Below are positions 1 to 13,423 of a DNA stretch of 64,000 nucleotides, in pieces (the first letter of the stretch is position 1; every line of letters begins with the position of its first letter). The stretch lies in the NCBI RefSeq assembly GCF_009914755.1, contig NC_060932.1; one strand, written 5' to 3'. Under the pieces are notes generated by a model. The model had not been told where the DNA came from. It did no database searches and was given only the letters and a program-made list of their open reading frames with translations. This DNA comes from the human T2T-CHM13v2.0 reference genome, Homo sapiens. The translations under genes were made by a program, and so were the position numbers.

Positions 1-4
1 CTCT

Positions 5-350
5 TGTTTCGTTTGTTTATTTTTGTTTGGTTTGGTTTGGTCCTTTTTAAGACAGGGTCTTGCTCTGTCACCCAGGCTGGAGTGCAATGGTGTAATCTTG
101 ACTCACTGCAACCTCCACCTCCCAGGCTCACGTAAATTCTCCCACTTCAGCCCCCAGAGTGACTTGGACCACAGGCGCACGCCACCATGCCTGGCTAACT
201 TTTATATTTTTCTTTGAGATGAGGTTTCTCTATGTTGCCCAGGCTGGCCTTGAACTCTTGGCCTCAAGCCATCTGCCGACCTTGGCTTCTCAAAGTGCAA
301 AGACTCCTTTACTGTCATTTTTCACATGTCCGAGCCACCACGCCCAGCCT
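5..350 (-). mobile_element. Alu (AluJ-like), antisense, with degenerate (TTTG)n tail
   Basis: gacagggtcttgctctgtcacccaggctggagtgcaatgg...gagccaccacgcccagcc; the T/G-rich tail is at 5-47. Confidence 0.93.
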
Positions 351-589
351 GATCTTACATGTTTCTACATGGCCTTACGTGTAAGATTTTATTTGAAGAA
401 ATGGTGCTGCTATTAAGAAAAAAAAAGAAAACTGCTAGTCTAAGTGAACTAAAATATCAGAGCTTATTTATATGAATATGAAAACTTATGGTATACTTAA
501 TGAGCCAATAAAATATCCTCTATGGTAGAAAATCCTCCTCCTTAGCAAGGTATAAAGCAGCCCCTGGAAACCAGGCTCATCCTACTTAC

Positions 590-945
590 CCAGCCCCATA
601 GCTTGCTGCTCTCCACAAAGCCAGATCCAGTCCTCAAACACATCATAGCCATTCACAGTGCCACGTCATGACACACACACAGGTTGCTTATGATGTCCTG
701 ACTCCTTCTGCTCCTGGCAAATTGCTGCCTCTCCATTAGGAGCCATTCAGATGCCCACCTCTGATACAGCCTTATCTACTTTGACTCTCTTCCCCACTCC
801 TCAGGTAAACTAATTCCTTCCAGTGTAAATACACTCACAGCACTTCACTAATACCTCTAGTGTATTATATATGTGACTCTCTTCCCCACCGTGCTGTGAG
901 CTCCTTTACCTCTAATCCCAAGTGTCCACTAAGTAAATAAATGAA
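590..945 (+). mobile_element. L2 LINE 3' relic
   Basis: Degenerate L2-like text ending in taagtaaataaatgaa; boundaries approximate. Confidence 0.45.
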
Positions 946-1264
946 GATAATTCCAGAATTGCTTATGAACCAAGCATTGCTACCATAAGGTTGTATAATA
1001 GAAACATAGTGAACAAATAATAGGATGTTAAGATTTGCTTCAGATTTTAACTTTCACTGAGCATATAACACTGTCCATCTTCCTCCTCCAACTCTGTCTC
1101 CTTTTAGATTCACAGTTCTTCTGACTGAGATAGTTTCAATAAGACCTATTTGGGAGCACAATTTCTCAGTTTCTCTTTGGCATGAATTTCCAGCATGGCT
1201 CCTATCCCAAACACAGTCTAATACTGACACAGCCAAAAAGGCACAGATGTGCATATCTACTCAC

Positions 1265-1321
1265 TCAAAGGCATTCTGACTTCTCTCTCCCACAGAACTC
1301 TGACTTTTCACTGAGTTTAGT
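1265..1321 (-). pseudogene. Candidate relic exon (57 nt)
   Basis: ctttatgcttgaag|ACTAAAC...GCCTTTGA|gtgagt; open in phase 2 (LNSVKSQSSVGERSQNAF). Confidence 0.3.
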
Positions 1322-1642
1322 CTTCAAGCATAAAGCCCAAAGAAATAATATAATAGGGACTTCAGACTTCTTTGCTAATACCATTGATCCTGCTAGCACA
1401 CCTCCAGACAGCACCTTTGATTTGCTCTGCTATTTCCAGAGGAAAAGAAGGCAGAGATTTGCATGCAGAAGAGGACAGGAAGTCAAAGTCTGGTGATTGT
1501 TGAAGCAGGGGGAGATGTCAAGTCAATGGAAGTAAAAGAAGGAGAACAAGATAGAGTTCTTTCTTCTTTCAGCATCAATGATTAATTCCGCTTTGGAGAG
1601 TTTTGGGGGAAATTATAAGTTAATTAAATTAAAGCAATGAAT

Positions 1643-1748
1643 AAGGTGGCCAACCTGTTTTGGTTTGCCCAAGACTTTCTTGGATTTAGCACTGAATATT
1701 CCACATCCCAGAAAACTGTTAGCTCCAGGCAAACCAGTTCACCATAGC
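1643..1748. mobile_element. hAT DNA transposon relic (MER94-like)
   Basis: ggtggccaacctgttttggtttgcccaagact...ccaggcaaaccagttcacc, with gcaatga on both flanks. Confidence 0.5.
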
Positions 1749-1759
1749 AATGAGATATA

Positions 1760-4720
1760 AAATATTTCCTGACAAATTAGCAAAGATACAAATATATACT
1801 TATAATACCTAGTGTTAGCAAGGATGCAGAGTAATGAGCACTGACATTGTCAATGGGATAGATATTGATTCAGTCTTTTTGGAGAGCAATTTGATTAAAA
1901 CAACAAAACCCTTACCACCATATATACAAACTTCATGTTAAAAATGGCAAATTAAATAAACTCATTGGTATTGTTTTCCAGCCACAACTCTAATAAAATG
2001 ACAGTAAAGGAATGTAAAAATTTACACACATAAAAGAGGATGAAGAAGAGATAACATGAGAAGAGAGATATCAACAAAATTTCAGAAAATGGAAAGCAGT
2101 TTCACACGTCATTGGATCTATAGAGTGGAGCAAAACTGAAATTAACCATCTGCAGCGATTGAAGTCAATGATTTGGCCTTCAAAAGCCAGAAAAAGCTCA
2201 GGAACTAGAGGCACCAGATACCTCTGAAAATAAAGGTGAGAGGTGGAACTGAAAACAAGAAGGGTGATAAAAAGGTAGTTAGAAAGCATTTTTGTTCCAA
2301 CACACTCTTCTCTACCCCACAGCTAGGCAACTTCCTCCCCTATCCCAGCCTGATACTGGAGGTTTACTCACAAAAGACTGAACCGGAGATGTTCTGAACG
2401 AAAGGCACAGCAGGGAGTGGGAGTAAGACCAGAGGCTGAAAATGGGATTCACAGTTCCCATCCTGTACTCAGCATCTAGAATGTCAGCAGCCTGGCAAAA
2501 TACTGGAGGATTTCTCTTGGAAGAAATAGAATAGCCCTAGGGAAAAGTCTACAGTACAGATATTTATGGGTTCCTCAACAAAATGAACAAGTGTCTGGAT
2601 GATAGCCCCACGGAGAATCCCAAGGAGCTCCATTCCTGCACACACAGCTTCCAGCGAGCTTGTTAGTATAGTGCACTTAATTATGAATGGAAAACAGAAT
2701 GACCAGATACTTGAGAACAATCTCCAAAGAAAAACATGCAACAAAACAAGAGGAGAAATGAACTTGGAAGAAACAAAAAATGTCAGAGGCAGAAAAAAAT
2801 TCAACAATTGTGATGGTTAATATTGAGTGTCAACTTGATTGGATTGAAGGATGCAAAGTATCATTTCTGGGTATGGCTGTGAGGATGTTGCCAAAGGAGA
2901 TTAACATTTGAGTTAGTGGACTGGGAGAGGCAGACCCACCCTCAATCTGGGTGGGCACCATCTAATCAGCTGCCAGCATGGCTAGAATAAAGCAGGCAGA
3001 AGTTGGAAGGACTGGGCTTGCTGAGTCTTCTGGCCTCCATCTTTCTCCCGTGCCAGATGCTTCCTGCCCTCGAACATCAGACTTCAAGTTGTTCAGCTTT
3101 CCGACTCTTAGACTTACACCAGTGATTTGCCAGGGCCTCTTGGGCCTTCAGCCACAGACTGACGGTTGCACTGCCAGCTTCCCTACTTTTAAGGTTTTGG
3201 GATTTGGACTGGTTTCGTTGCTCCTCGGCTTGCAGACTGCCTATTGTGGGACTTCACTTTGTGATCATGTGAGTCAATTCTCCTAATAAACTCCTCTTCA
3301 CATATACATATATCCTTTTAGTTCTGTCCCTCTAGAGAACCCTGACTAATACAATGATCATTAATAGCCTCAGAAAGGCATAAGATACTATATCCATGAC
3401 CAAGAATAGGAGGCTAGATAAAGACCCCTTAGCAAATTAACAAAGAGATTCTAGAAGCTAAACGTATGATAGCAGAGATTTTTTAAGTTTAATAAAGAAT
3501 TTTGGAGACACAATTTAAGAAATTTTCCTACACATAGTATAAAAAGAAAGAAAAGAAGTGTGAGGAAGAAGAATAGAGAGAAAGGATAAGAAGAGTAGTG
3601 CATTAAACCAAGATGTCCTTGTTCTATTATGAACAATAGAAATTCTGGAAGAGAAACTATCAGCCTGTTCCCAAAACAGTAACATAAGAACATTTCCCAA
3701 AACAAAGGGTATGAGTTTCCAGACTGAATGTGCCCGTTTGCCCAAAGGCCTGGCACAATAAATTTTTTAAAGACCCCAATAGGGCATATCATTGTGAAAT
3801 TTTTAGGATGTCAGAGATAAAGAGTAGATTCAAAAGTTTCTAGAGATACATGATAGGTTATTATTTTTTAAAGGCTTAGAAATCAGAATTGCATTTTTGA
3901 AACTTTTCAAAAGCAGCATTGTACTTAAGAAGACCATGGAACATTGTCTTCAAAATGTTAAGAGGAAATGATTTCCAGTGAAGAATTATATTCAAAGCTA
4001 ATATTGAAATCAAGAACTGGACCATGACAAATATCTTTTCATACATGCAAGTATTAAAACTTACCTCCAATACATGCTTTCTTAAGCTGCTGCCTCAGGA
4101 AACTACCGGAGGTTAGGTTCTATAAAAACAAGGATTAAAACTTGGAAAGACAAGGACATGAAGGCCATGGAGGACATCCAACACAAGAAATAGGGGAATC
4201 CTCCCAAGATGATGATGAAGTGGATTCTCAGAACAAAAGTATGTAGTAGGTTTAGAGAATAATCACTCCTGATTGACACAGGAGAGCAGAGAGTTCCATA
4301 AAGACAGCTCCAAGAAACACATGAACAAGAAACCACTAGAGCACCAGAAATGTTGACCCTTACTGAGAAAATTGTTCTGCTCTCCTGGAGCTGTAGCCAT
4401 TGGCAATTAAGTCCAGGAGAATAAAAAAGTTGTACAAGAAAGGAAATGTAATCATCACAAGTATCCATGTGGCTCATATGTTAGCTATAATGAGTCAACC
4501 ATAATAACATAAACAGTGAAAATTGTTTTAACCCATAATTGTGATAGTATTATATTGGGAAGATGGGAGTAAGAGAAGGTGTGCACTGGAGAATTGAGGG
4601 AGAGCTGCGGAATGGGGGAATGAGAGGAGCTAAATCATCATCTTACACTATAAGGAGATTGTGTCAAAATTGAAAAATCGAGAAACAGCAGTATATGCAG
4701 ACTGTTTAGAAATATGGAGG
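1760..4720 (+). mobile_element. Old L1M fragments (5' UTR/ORF1-like, heavily decayed), interrupted by the MLT2A LTR
   Basis: A-rich L1-like text such as tttccagactgaatgtgccc and aagaagaccatggaacattgtcttcaaaatg. Confidence 0.6.
2809..3353 (+). mobile_element. MLT2A (MLT2A2-like) HERV-L solo LTR
   Basis: Begins tgtgatggttaatattgagtgtcaacttgattggattgaaggatgc and ends ctagagaaccctgactaataca; about 545 bp. Confidence 0.9.
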
Positions 4721-4895
4721 CAGTGGTGAGCTGTAATTGCCTGTACCGACCCCTGAAAGCTGAATGTTAAATTTTTAGAAATTTTGTAAGCTGGTTGTAA
4801 AATACAGTCAATATTTAGAATGAAATTATATAAGCTTATGGTTAAATAAATTATATCTAAAAGCCAAGGTAATATATTTAAAAACTCATCACTCC
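4721..4895. mobile_element. hAT DNA transposon relic (MER63-like)
   Basis: cagtggtgagctg...ggttaaataaattatat...aaaactcatcactcct. Confidence 0.5.
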
Positions 4896-5088
4896 TCTAG
4901 AATTGGAAAAGCAAGGAAAGGATGCTCCCCTAGAGTCCCCAGAGGGAACCAGCCCTGCCTACATATTGATTTCAGCTCAGTGCGTCTGTTTAGACTTCTG
5001 ACGCCCAGAATGGTAAGATAGTAAATCTGTGTTACTTTAAGTCATTAAGTTTGTAGTAATTTATTACACTAGCAAAAGAAAACTAATA
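4895..5088 (+). mobile_element. MLT1 (MaLR) LTR, 3' half
   Basis: ggaaaagcaaggaaaggatgctcccctagagtccccagagggaacc...gtaatttattacactagcaaaagaaaactaata. Confidence 0.75.
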
Positions 5089-5457
5089 TGGGCAACTTTG
5101 TTCCTCTTGATTTGGGTTGTCGGTGGAGCTGAAGGGGAGGAAACTGAGAGATACCTGGACCACGGGAAGTTGACTGTGGAGCTCACTAAATTCTTGCCAC
5201 CCTCCGAGTCAGTGGCGTTTCTCAGCTTATATTGGGAGAGACCGCTGTGGCTCTAGCTATCAGACCACACTATATACAGAACTGCTAAAAACATGGGTGG
5301 AACACACAGGTAGGAGGAGCAGAGGGAACAAAGACCTCATGAGAAACCTGGAAGACATAGTTTGAGCAAACCAAAATAAATATTTTAAGACCATATATGT
5401 GATATTAAAAAAAAAACCAAAAACAAAACAGCTCACCAAAGTATACAAGTGCCCTAC

Positions 5458-5487
5458 CTCAAGAAAAGTAAACATGAAAATTACAAT
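5458..5487 (-). pseudogene. Candidate relic exon (30 nt)
   Basis: atatttgttcttttag|ATTGTAATTTTCATGTTTACTTTTCTTGAG|gtaggg; open in phase 0 (IVIFMFTFLE). Confidence 0.3.
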
Positions 5488-6199
5488 CTAAAAGAACAAA
5501 TATATCCAATGGTAATGAATCATTAGACAGCTCTGTGTTGAGCACCTGCTATAAAAGATAACCTTAGGTTTCTATTGTGTTCTCTCACATGTTATTGCAT
5601 TTCTCATATGTATGATTCCATTTGAGACCCTATGCATTTGTAAGATAGGAAGGCAGATGAGAAAATTAATGTTCACCAAAAGTAGGTGCCTTGTTGACAT
5701 AAGTTAGCTGTTAAGGCTGCGTGTGTTCCTGGGTCTCGACTTCATGTCCAGGTACTGTTTATTTTTTCACTGTACAGTGCTGCAGTAAATAGAAGATACA
5801 TTTCCTTGCCCTCAGGGAATTTGCAATCATTTATATTACAATTATATAACTGTCATTTAAAATAATCATAATAATTCCACAAATCTGCAAAAGGATTCAT
5901 CACCAGGCTGCCCTTAAGTAGTAAACAAGACTGTTGCATTCCATGATACCACCAAGTATTCATGTACATGTTTTGAACTGTCATGTCTGACAAAGAATTA
6001 GAAGTTACTGTGACTTAAAATCAATCCAAAACAAAGGATTGACTTTCACAGACATTACAATATGTTAATAAAGAAATGAATAAAATTATAAAAATTTGTT
6101 TTAGTTGCAATTTTTCAGGAACACAGTTCCTATGTAAAGTAAATCTACACAATAATTAATAAACTACTTACGGCAATTGTGATATTTTCTAGGACTTAC

Positions 6200-6319
6200 A
6201 GGATTTCCCTCAACCAAGTTTGAGGCCACAGGCACAACATTTTTTTTAGGAGCTGGTTCCAAATGAATGGTGTTTTAATTACGATCCATGAAGCCTCCTT
6301 AGTCTTAATCTTTCAAAGT
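6200..6319 (-). pseudogene. Candidate relic exon (120 nt) with one TGA stop
   Basis: ttttctaacttttgtccaag|ACTTTG...AAATCCT|gtaagt; phase-2 frame L*KIKTKEASWIVIKTPFIWNQLLKKMLCLWPQTWLREI. Confidence 0.5.
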
Positions 6320-6724
6320 CTTGGACAAAAGTTAGAAAATGTTTAGCATGTGCTTCACTTTGCTATGCTTTTTTCTAATAGCAAACTCTTCAAATTACAA
6401 GCAAATAGTAGTTAGTGATTAATATCTAATAGCATAATAAAGGAGGCACTCAATTTTAACTAAAATTTTCAAAAATGACAAATATCCAAGTACAGCTGTG
6501 TACATTTCTCACTGACTTTTATTGCTGCCATTTATCATTTAATCTCATGCTAGTTTTCTCTAACAGGGACAAATAGAAAATCCCTCCTTCATTTGGGGAA
6601 GAGTCAATGTTAGGTCACATGCCCTGTCCTCAGCTCCCTGGGATGAGTGCTATGTGACTAAAGAGAAATTTTTCCAGCTTTCTCTGACAGCTCACTCCCT
6701 TTTAAAAAGGCATTATTAATAAAA

Positions 6725-6970
6725 TCCATTTGTTAAGCACTTACTGTCTTCCAAGTACTCTGCTACAAACTTTTACATATTATTTCATTTAATCTTCACA
6801 ACAACCCAAATGAATCAGGAGTTTCTGTCATCTTCAGAAGTGAAGGCCCAAGAAGAAAAGTCAAGTGTGTAAGTCCTCACAGCTCCTGAGGTTAAATAAA
6901 TTATATTTAAAAGCCAAGGTTCTGAAATGAAATCCAAGCAAGTTGACCCCAGAGCCTGTTTCTCCACACC
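6725..6970 (+). mobile_element. MIR SINE
   Basis: aagcacttactgtcttccaagtactctgct...tttcatttaatcttcacaacaaccc core. Confidence 0.7.
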
Positions 6971-8387
6971 GTGTGCTCACCTCCTCAGAACTCCCACCCA
7001 GCTCCCAAACCTCCTCCTCACTCCATCACCTCTCATTCTCTTTCATCTGGGAATCATTCTCATGGTGCAAGGTGTGGTATAGAGGAAGATTGGAGCCCAT
7101 CTCATCTGTGACTATTTTCTTATCAACCTTGGGGTTTTTCTTTGACCAACTAGATTTACCCACTCAATCCGGATCTTGGTTCTGTAATTGCAGGGATGAG
7201 GTTTCTTTCCATTTGCCAACTTGGCCTCTGCCAAAGTCTTGCTTTCAATTTTTAAAAAAGACTGTATCACCTCTATCACCTCCCCTTTCTTTTTGAAATG
7301 TTTTAAACCATGTTTCTCACTTTTTTTTTTTTAACCCAGGCTTCCTCTATCATCAACTGCCTTCTCCCACCAGCTAGGGGGATTTAGGCTGGCATTCCAT
7401 TCTGTGGTTGGTATTCTTAAAATAACAGGGGATTGGAAATTTAGAGATGCTTCTGTGGGAGGGCAGGTCTCCATTCCTGCACTGAATGAAATTCATTTCC
7501 TTATTATTCCACATATTAATATCATATCAGGTAACCATTAAATGCTTTGAAAAACACAAAAGCACTTTGAGAGGCTAGAAAGCTATGGGTGAGAGTGGGG
7601 AGGACTAATTCAGACAAAGGGGTAGAGGAAGGGCTCTCTGAGGCAGTGACATTTGACAAAGATCTGGATGAAATGCAGGAGTGAGTTGTGTGACCATTGG
7701 GGGAAGACTTACTTGGCAAGAAACAGCAAACCAGGGTTGTGGTTCACTTAGGGAGAGGAGCCTTTAAAAAATGCTGATGCCTGCTTTGCATCCCTGAGCA
7801 ACGAACTCAGAATTCCAAGGGGATGGGGCCTGGGCATTAGAGATTTTTTAAATCTCCCCATGTGATTCTAACATGCAACAGAACAGAGAACTAAATAAAC
7901 TACATTAACCAACAATCAGAACAGCACCTTGTAATCAGATAGTATTACATACTTTCCAAAGCATTTACATGTCCTGTGTATGATTTCAATTAAGCTCAAT
8001 CAATCTATAAGACACTTAAAGCAAGTCTACTTCCTGCTATACGGTGGCTCAAAGAACACAAAACTTTCTGCTTCAAGTCACCTGTGGAGTTGTGAGTTCC
8101 AGTTTCCTTTCAAGAGGCTAACTGTGTGCAAATGTGTCTACTCGACACACAAGGATATCAACAACCAACAACAAAGCAGGACCATGACCTACAAAAGCCA
8201 CAGTGCACACAGTGCATGTGAGTGATGGAATGCCAGTGCTGATGAGAGCTGGTGGGATTAATTACGGATGGCTCCATGGAAAAGTAGAATCTTAAATGCC
8301 AACGGAGTAAAGGAGAGAGATCTGGAGAGAGAGAGGTGAGACAGGCATTTTAAGGTAACAACAAAACAACAAACAGGATCTTCATAA

Positions 8388-8754
<367 letters not shown>

Positions 8755-9041
8755 GGATTGTTCCAATTTTCTAGAAGGACAAAGAGTACTTGTAATCTTT
8801 ATCTGTCTTAAGGACTCAACACAGATTTGTTCACGAGTTTATAACAGATTGGTTAGAATGATATTTTCATTATAATAAGTGCTCTCATCAGCAGATGGGA
8901 CAGTTCAAGGACTCAACAAGAAGTAAGGGGGTTCTAGTTTCTCCCTGATCATGGACAGACATGCACACATGCACATCTAAGATTATGTGCATAAATATTC
9001 TACATCCAGAATAAGAGAGATTTTGAATGATGAAAACTCAC

Positions 9042-9139
9042 GTTTCTAATTTCATTGTAGCCAAAGACATATTTATCATTATTCTCAATCAATTTTATAC
9101 CAAGGAACCAATCAAATAAAATGGTTTGAATTCCCTTTC
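9042..9139 (-). pseudogene. Candidate relic exon (98 nt)
   Basis: cacaacag|GAAAGG...AGAAAC|gtgagt; open frame KGIQTILFDWFLGIKLIENNDKYVFGYNEIRN; weak pyrimidine tract. Confidence 0.4.
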
Positions 9140-9989
9140 CTGTTGTGTTTGTTGGAGTTTGAGGCACAGAAGTCAAATATTTTCCCTGAGTTTGTGTTTA
9201 GGAGGACTCCAGGAGGGCTATTGCTAGCCTCTCTCCTCCCTGCCTCACTGTCCTAGGGGAGAAGGAGTGTTTTCTCTAATCAGTCCTTTGGGAATAGAAA
9301 CTAGGAATGTGGAGCCTCAGCCCTTCGTCACTCAATTTTTCTCTTTGGGGTGTCAACTGCCTGCAGGAAACATGAACACTTACATGGTCCCAGTCTGTGC
9401 TTTAGGGAGGCAGAGTTTATACTGTGTGGAAATCCTCTGGGGTTCCCTTTCTCCTCTCTCTCTCTTTCTCTCCTCTCTCTTTCTGGGTGGCTGCAGTGGT
9501 AGTGTTTGTGCATATGATATTTCTTCCATTTAGTGTGAATTCACAGGTCATGCTCTCCAGTATGGTAGGTTTACTGGATCCTGGTGTAACTGAAATCAAG
9601 ATTTTCTCCACCTACCCTCCTTTACTCAGTGTCATTGTATTTCTGCTATTTGTATTTATTATATTTGACAATAATAAATAACTGGTTTGGGGAATATCCT
9701 TGTGCCTAAAATACTTTTTTAGGAGCCACAGACTGTCTTATTTTTAATTTCAAGTGGATGGGGATGGTTCTATAATAATCTTAGGTCAATTATCAACTCT
9801 TCAGACGTATTCAAAAGTGATCCACTTGGGTGATCTTGTGTCTCACTCTACTTCCTAGTGCTCCAGTACTTGAGAGAACTACATCCATTCCAGGATGATA
9901 GCCAGGCTAGAGTTGTTGAAGGAGCCTCAGCTGTACTCAGGCACAAGAGTGTCCATCAGTCTAGCTGAGTCTACTCATATCAAAGTCTC

Positions 9990-11310
9990 CATTAACTTCC
10001 ATGTTGCTAAAGCCAATGGTCAATTCTCAGCCTCACCTCCCAGCATCATTTGACACAGCTGTTCAGTACCTTCACAAAATGATTTCTTCTTCCTACCTTC
10101 CCAAATGCTTGTTCTCATTTTCCTTTGCTGGTTCCCCCTCATCCTCCTGATCTCTACATTGGAGTCATCCAGGGCTTAGGTCTAGAAACTCTTCTTTTTT
10201 CTGTCCACACATACTTTCCAGGTGATCTTATCCAGTCCGATGGCTTTAGATAAAATCTACATGCTGACAATCACCAAATTTATATCTCCAGTCTGGCTCC
10301 TCTCCCCTGAACTGCAGATCTATACCTTCAAATACCTACTCATCTACTTTGCATGTCTAATAGATGTTTAGGACTTAATATGTCCCCAGATTGTCCCTTG
10401 ATCTTTCCTTCAAACTCTGTTTCCTTCCCAGTCATTCCTATTCTCATAACGGCAATTCCATTCTGGTTGTTTAAACCAAAACCATGGTGCTATTCATGAC
10501 TTCTCTTCTCCTTACACCCCAGCCAGATACATGAGAAAATCCTGTTATATGAACTATCAAAACTGATCCAGAATCCAACCTCTTCTCATTACCACCATTT
10601 CTACCTCCAAATTTTAACACTAACAGCCATTCCCAGGGGGTATTACGACGGCCTCCTAACTGGTGTCGCTAGTTCTGTCCTTACCCTCTTTAGCCTCTTC
10701 AGAATGCGGCAGCCAGAGAGGTCTGACTTAAAGAAGTCAGAGCATGTCACTTCTCTGCTCAAGATCTTTCAAGCACTCCCATCCTACTCAGAGTACATGC
10801 CAGAGTTCTTATCCTTAAGAACCCTCTATGCTCTGGCTCCCTTCTCTGCTCTGACCACCACCTTCTACTATCCCCCATCTCTGTTCTCTCTGCTCCAGCC
10901 ACTCTGGCCTTCCACCGTTCCTCAAGCACACCAGGCCACACCCAACACAGGCCTTTGTACTTGGCACTCCCTCGTCCTGGCATGGTCTCCCACCAAGTAT
11001 CTGCCAGGCTACCTCCCTCATTTCCTTCAGGCTTTTTCTCAAAAGTCACCTTCTCAATGGAACTATCCTTGGCCATTCTATCTAAAATTTCAAACCGCCC
11101 CTACCTTCAATTTTCCTAGTTTTTTTCCCCTTAGCAATCATCACTACCTAAAATACTACATATTTTACTTGCTTATGTTGTTCCCTACCTAAATATCAAC
11201 TCCATAAGGACATGGTTGCCTCTTATTCACCGCTTTCCCCCCAGGACCTAGCACAGTGCCTGGTGCACAGTAGAAGCTCCATAAATAATTGTCAAATGAC
11301 TAAATGATGA
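9990..11310 (+). mobile_element. L2 (L2a-like) LINE, 1.3-kb 3' fragment
   Basis: ccatgttgctaaagccaatggtcaattctcag...gcacagtgcctggtgcacagtagaagctccataaataattgtcaaatgactaaatga. Confidence 0.85.
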
Positions 11311-12230
11311 TGAAGCAACTTCTTAGAAATTTCTGAAGTAATTTTGAACTTCAGCTTTGTGACTGGAAATTTGATTCCTTTGGATTTTTAGCTCCACAGA
11401 AAAGCTTCCAATTTTGGACTTTAATTCCTCTGGACTTTAACTTTGGAATTTTCACTGGCAAGGGGATTTAATTTGTAGGCTTTATTTTTTGTCCGTGAAA
11501 TTTATCATGGAAAAGGGTTTATACAAATTGAAGGCATTGCCATATCGTGGACATTTTATTAATATTTATCTTAAAGTTGTCATGTTATCTCCCTGCTGAA
11601 TCTCTGATGAGCCTACTGAAAAATGTGACATAATTAGGGATGAATTTTTCGGCTTTGGGTAATTTACTTAATGCACCATCTCTGAATTTGACATTGAAGT
11701 TCATTGTTCACTCATTCAATAAAATGTCATCTATGCCTAGGTATGCTGTGCTCATTCATTTGAACCAGGGGTCAGTTGCAAATTGAAGGGCTAAGAGCCA
11801 TATCTGGTCCCCGCCCCCCGCCAACCTTTTTTTTGGCTTGCACATTGTTTAAAACAAAATGAAAATAGGTTTTTAGTTTTGCTAAGATGTAGCAACACTG
11901 GGCCCCTTTCCCTGGCACTGTATTTCTACTGCCTCCTTTATTATGGACTGACAGTCTCCATTTGACCACAGCCCACCTCCAGGCATTCAATCATGCTGCT
12001 TGCCTGGCTGTTGGAGGAACACTGCTTGTAGACGCCAGCATCTGGCCCCTGCTCTGGGCCTCTAGACTTAGAGGGCCCCACTTTTGCCTTTTTTTGTGTG
12101 TGCTCCTCCTCATGCATCAAGGAGTCTGAGAGCCCTGTGCCCACACTGAGCTCGCACTGACCTTCTCCTAAACCCTGACAGCCTTCCAGGTACCAGGGAT
12201 CCCGGAATTCCCTGTTCAATTGGTCTGAGC

Positions 12231-12835
12231 TGAAGCAGGAGAATAGGGTCGGAAGGCAGGACACCTAAGGCTGATTCACGCTGACTTCCTAGAACTAAAT
12301 CAAAAGGAAAACCCCAACTTGTCACACCTAAGTAACAAAAGGACCAAAGGTTACTCCCTTTGCAAACCTCCCCCATTTCTGCCTGGCAGATGGAAAGTTG
12401 AAAGTACCTTTGATTAGTTGCTTTCTGCAACCAATCAGATGTTTGCATAGGAGCATAATTTTGTGACTTCACTTCAGCCTCTGATTGGTTGCAGAAGGCA
12501 ACTCCTTGACGCATGAGGAGAAGCACAGACCAAAAACAAGGCTTTCTGCAACCAACCAGACTGATCACAGGCCACTACTTCATTTGCATGGGGTATATGC
12601 CAAGAGCTCGATGGAAAACCTCTAGAGGGTATTTGGACCTCAGAAGATCCTGTAACCAGGGTCCTTGAGCCACTGCATGGCCCGCTCCCACTCTGTGGAG
12701 TATACTTTCATTTTCAATAAATCTCTGCTTTCATTGCTTCATTCTTTCATTGCTTTGCTGTGTATTTTGTCTAATTCTTTGTTCAAAATGCCAAGAACCT
12801 GGACAAATTGCAGTCAAGACCCTCTGCTGGTAACA
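12231..12835 (+). mobile_element. MER51-family ERV1 solo LTR
   Basis: tgaagcaggagaatagggtc...ctggtaaca, TG...CA termini, 4-bp TSD gagc at 12227-12230 and 12836-12839, AATAAA near 12716. Confidence 0.9.
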
Positions 12836-12968
12836 GAGCCACTCCTAGGACCTGTGTGAGCCCTTGCCTGGGGAGGTCCTCCCAAGGGCAGACAAAACAG
12901 TTCTAGTGTAGGGTGCAGTGATGGTAAAGGATGGAGCTGTAACAATGTGGGCCTGGAGAGTTCACACA

Positions 12969-13423
12969 TGTGGTAGGCCTCCCAAAGACATCCACATCCT
13001 AGTTCCCAGGGCCTATGAATATGTTACCTTCTATGGTAAGGACACTTTACAAATGTGATTAAGTTAAGGATCTCAGGATGGGAAGTTTATCCTGGATGAT
13101 CTGGACAGGCCCAATGTAATTACAAGAATCTTTCAAGAGAGAGGGAGGAGGATCAGAGTCAGGAGTAGGAGATGTGGTGATGGAAGTAAGAGGTTGGAGT
13201 GATGAGATAAAGGGGCTCTGAGCTAAGGAATGTAGGCAGCCTGGAGCAGAGGGAAAAAGCAAGGGAAGACATTCTCCCCATAGGGCATCCAGAAGGAATG
13301 CAGCCCTGCTGGGACCTTGATTTTAGACTCTGATCTTCAGAACCACAAGATAATAAATTGGCATGGTTTTAGGCCACTATATTTGTGGTTAATTTGTTAC
13401 AGCAGCTACAGAAAACTAATACA
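12969..13423 (+). mobile_element. MLT1 (MLT1D-like) MaLR solo LTR
   Basis: tgtggtaggc...gaatatgttacct...ttgttacagcagctacagaaaactaataca. Confidence 0.85.

Noticed and set aside
9384-9611. Minus-strand ORF VEKILISVTPGSSKPTILESMTCEF... with a GTAAGT donor at 9383
   Set aside because: No pyrimidine tract at the putative acceptor and the frame runs into a GA-rich repeat. It could belong to the relic but cannot be supported.
10704-11192. 162-aa ORF and antisense ORFs
   Set aside because: Inside a decayed L2 element; chance open frames.
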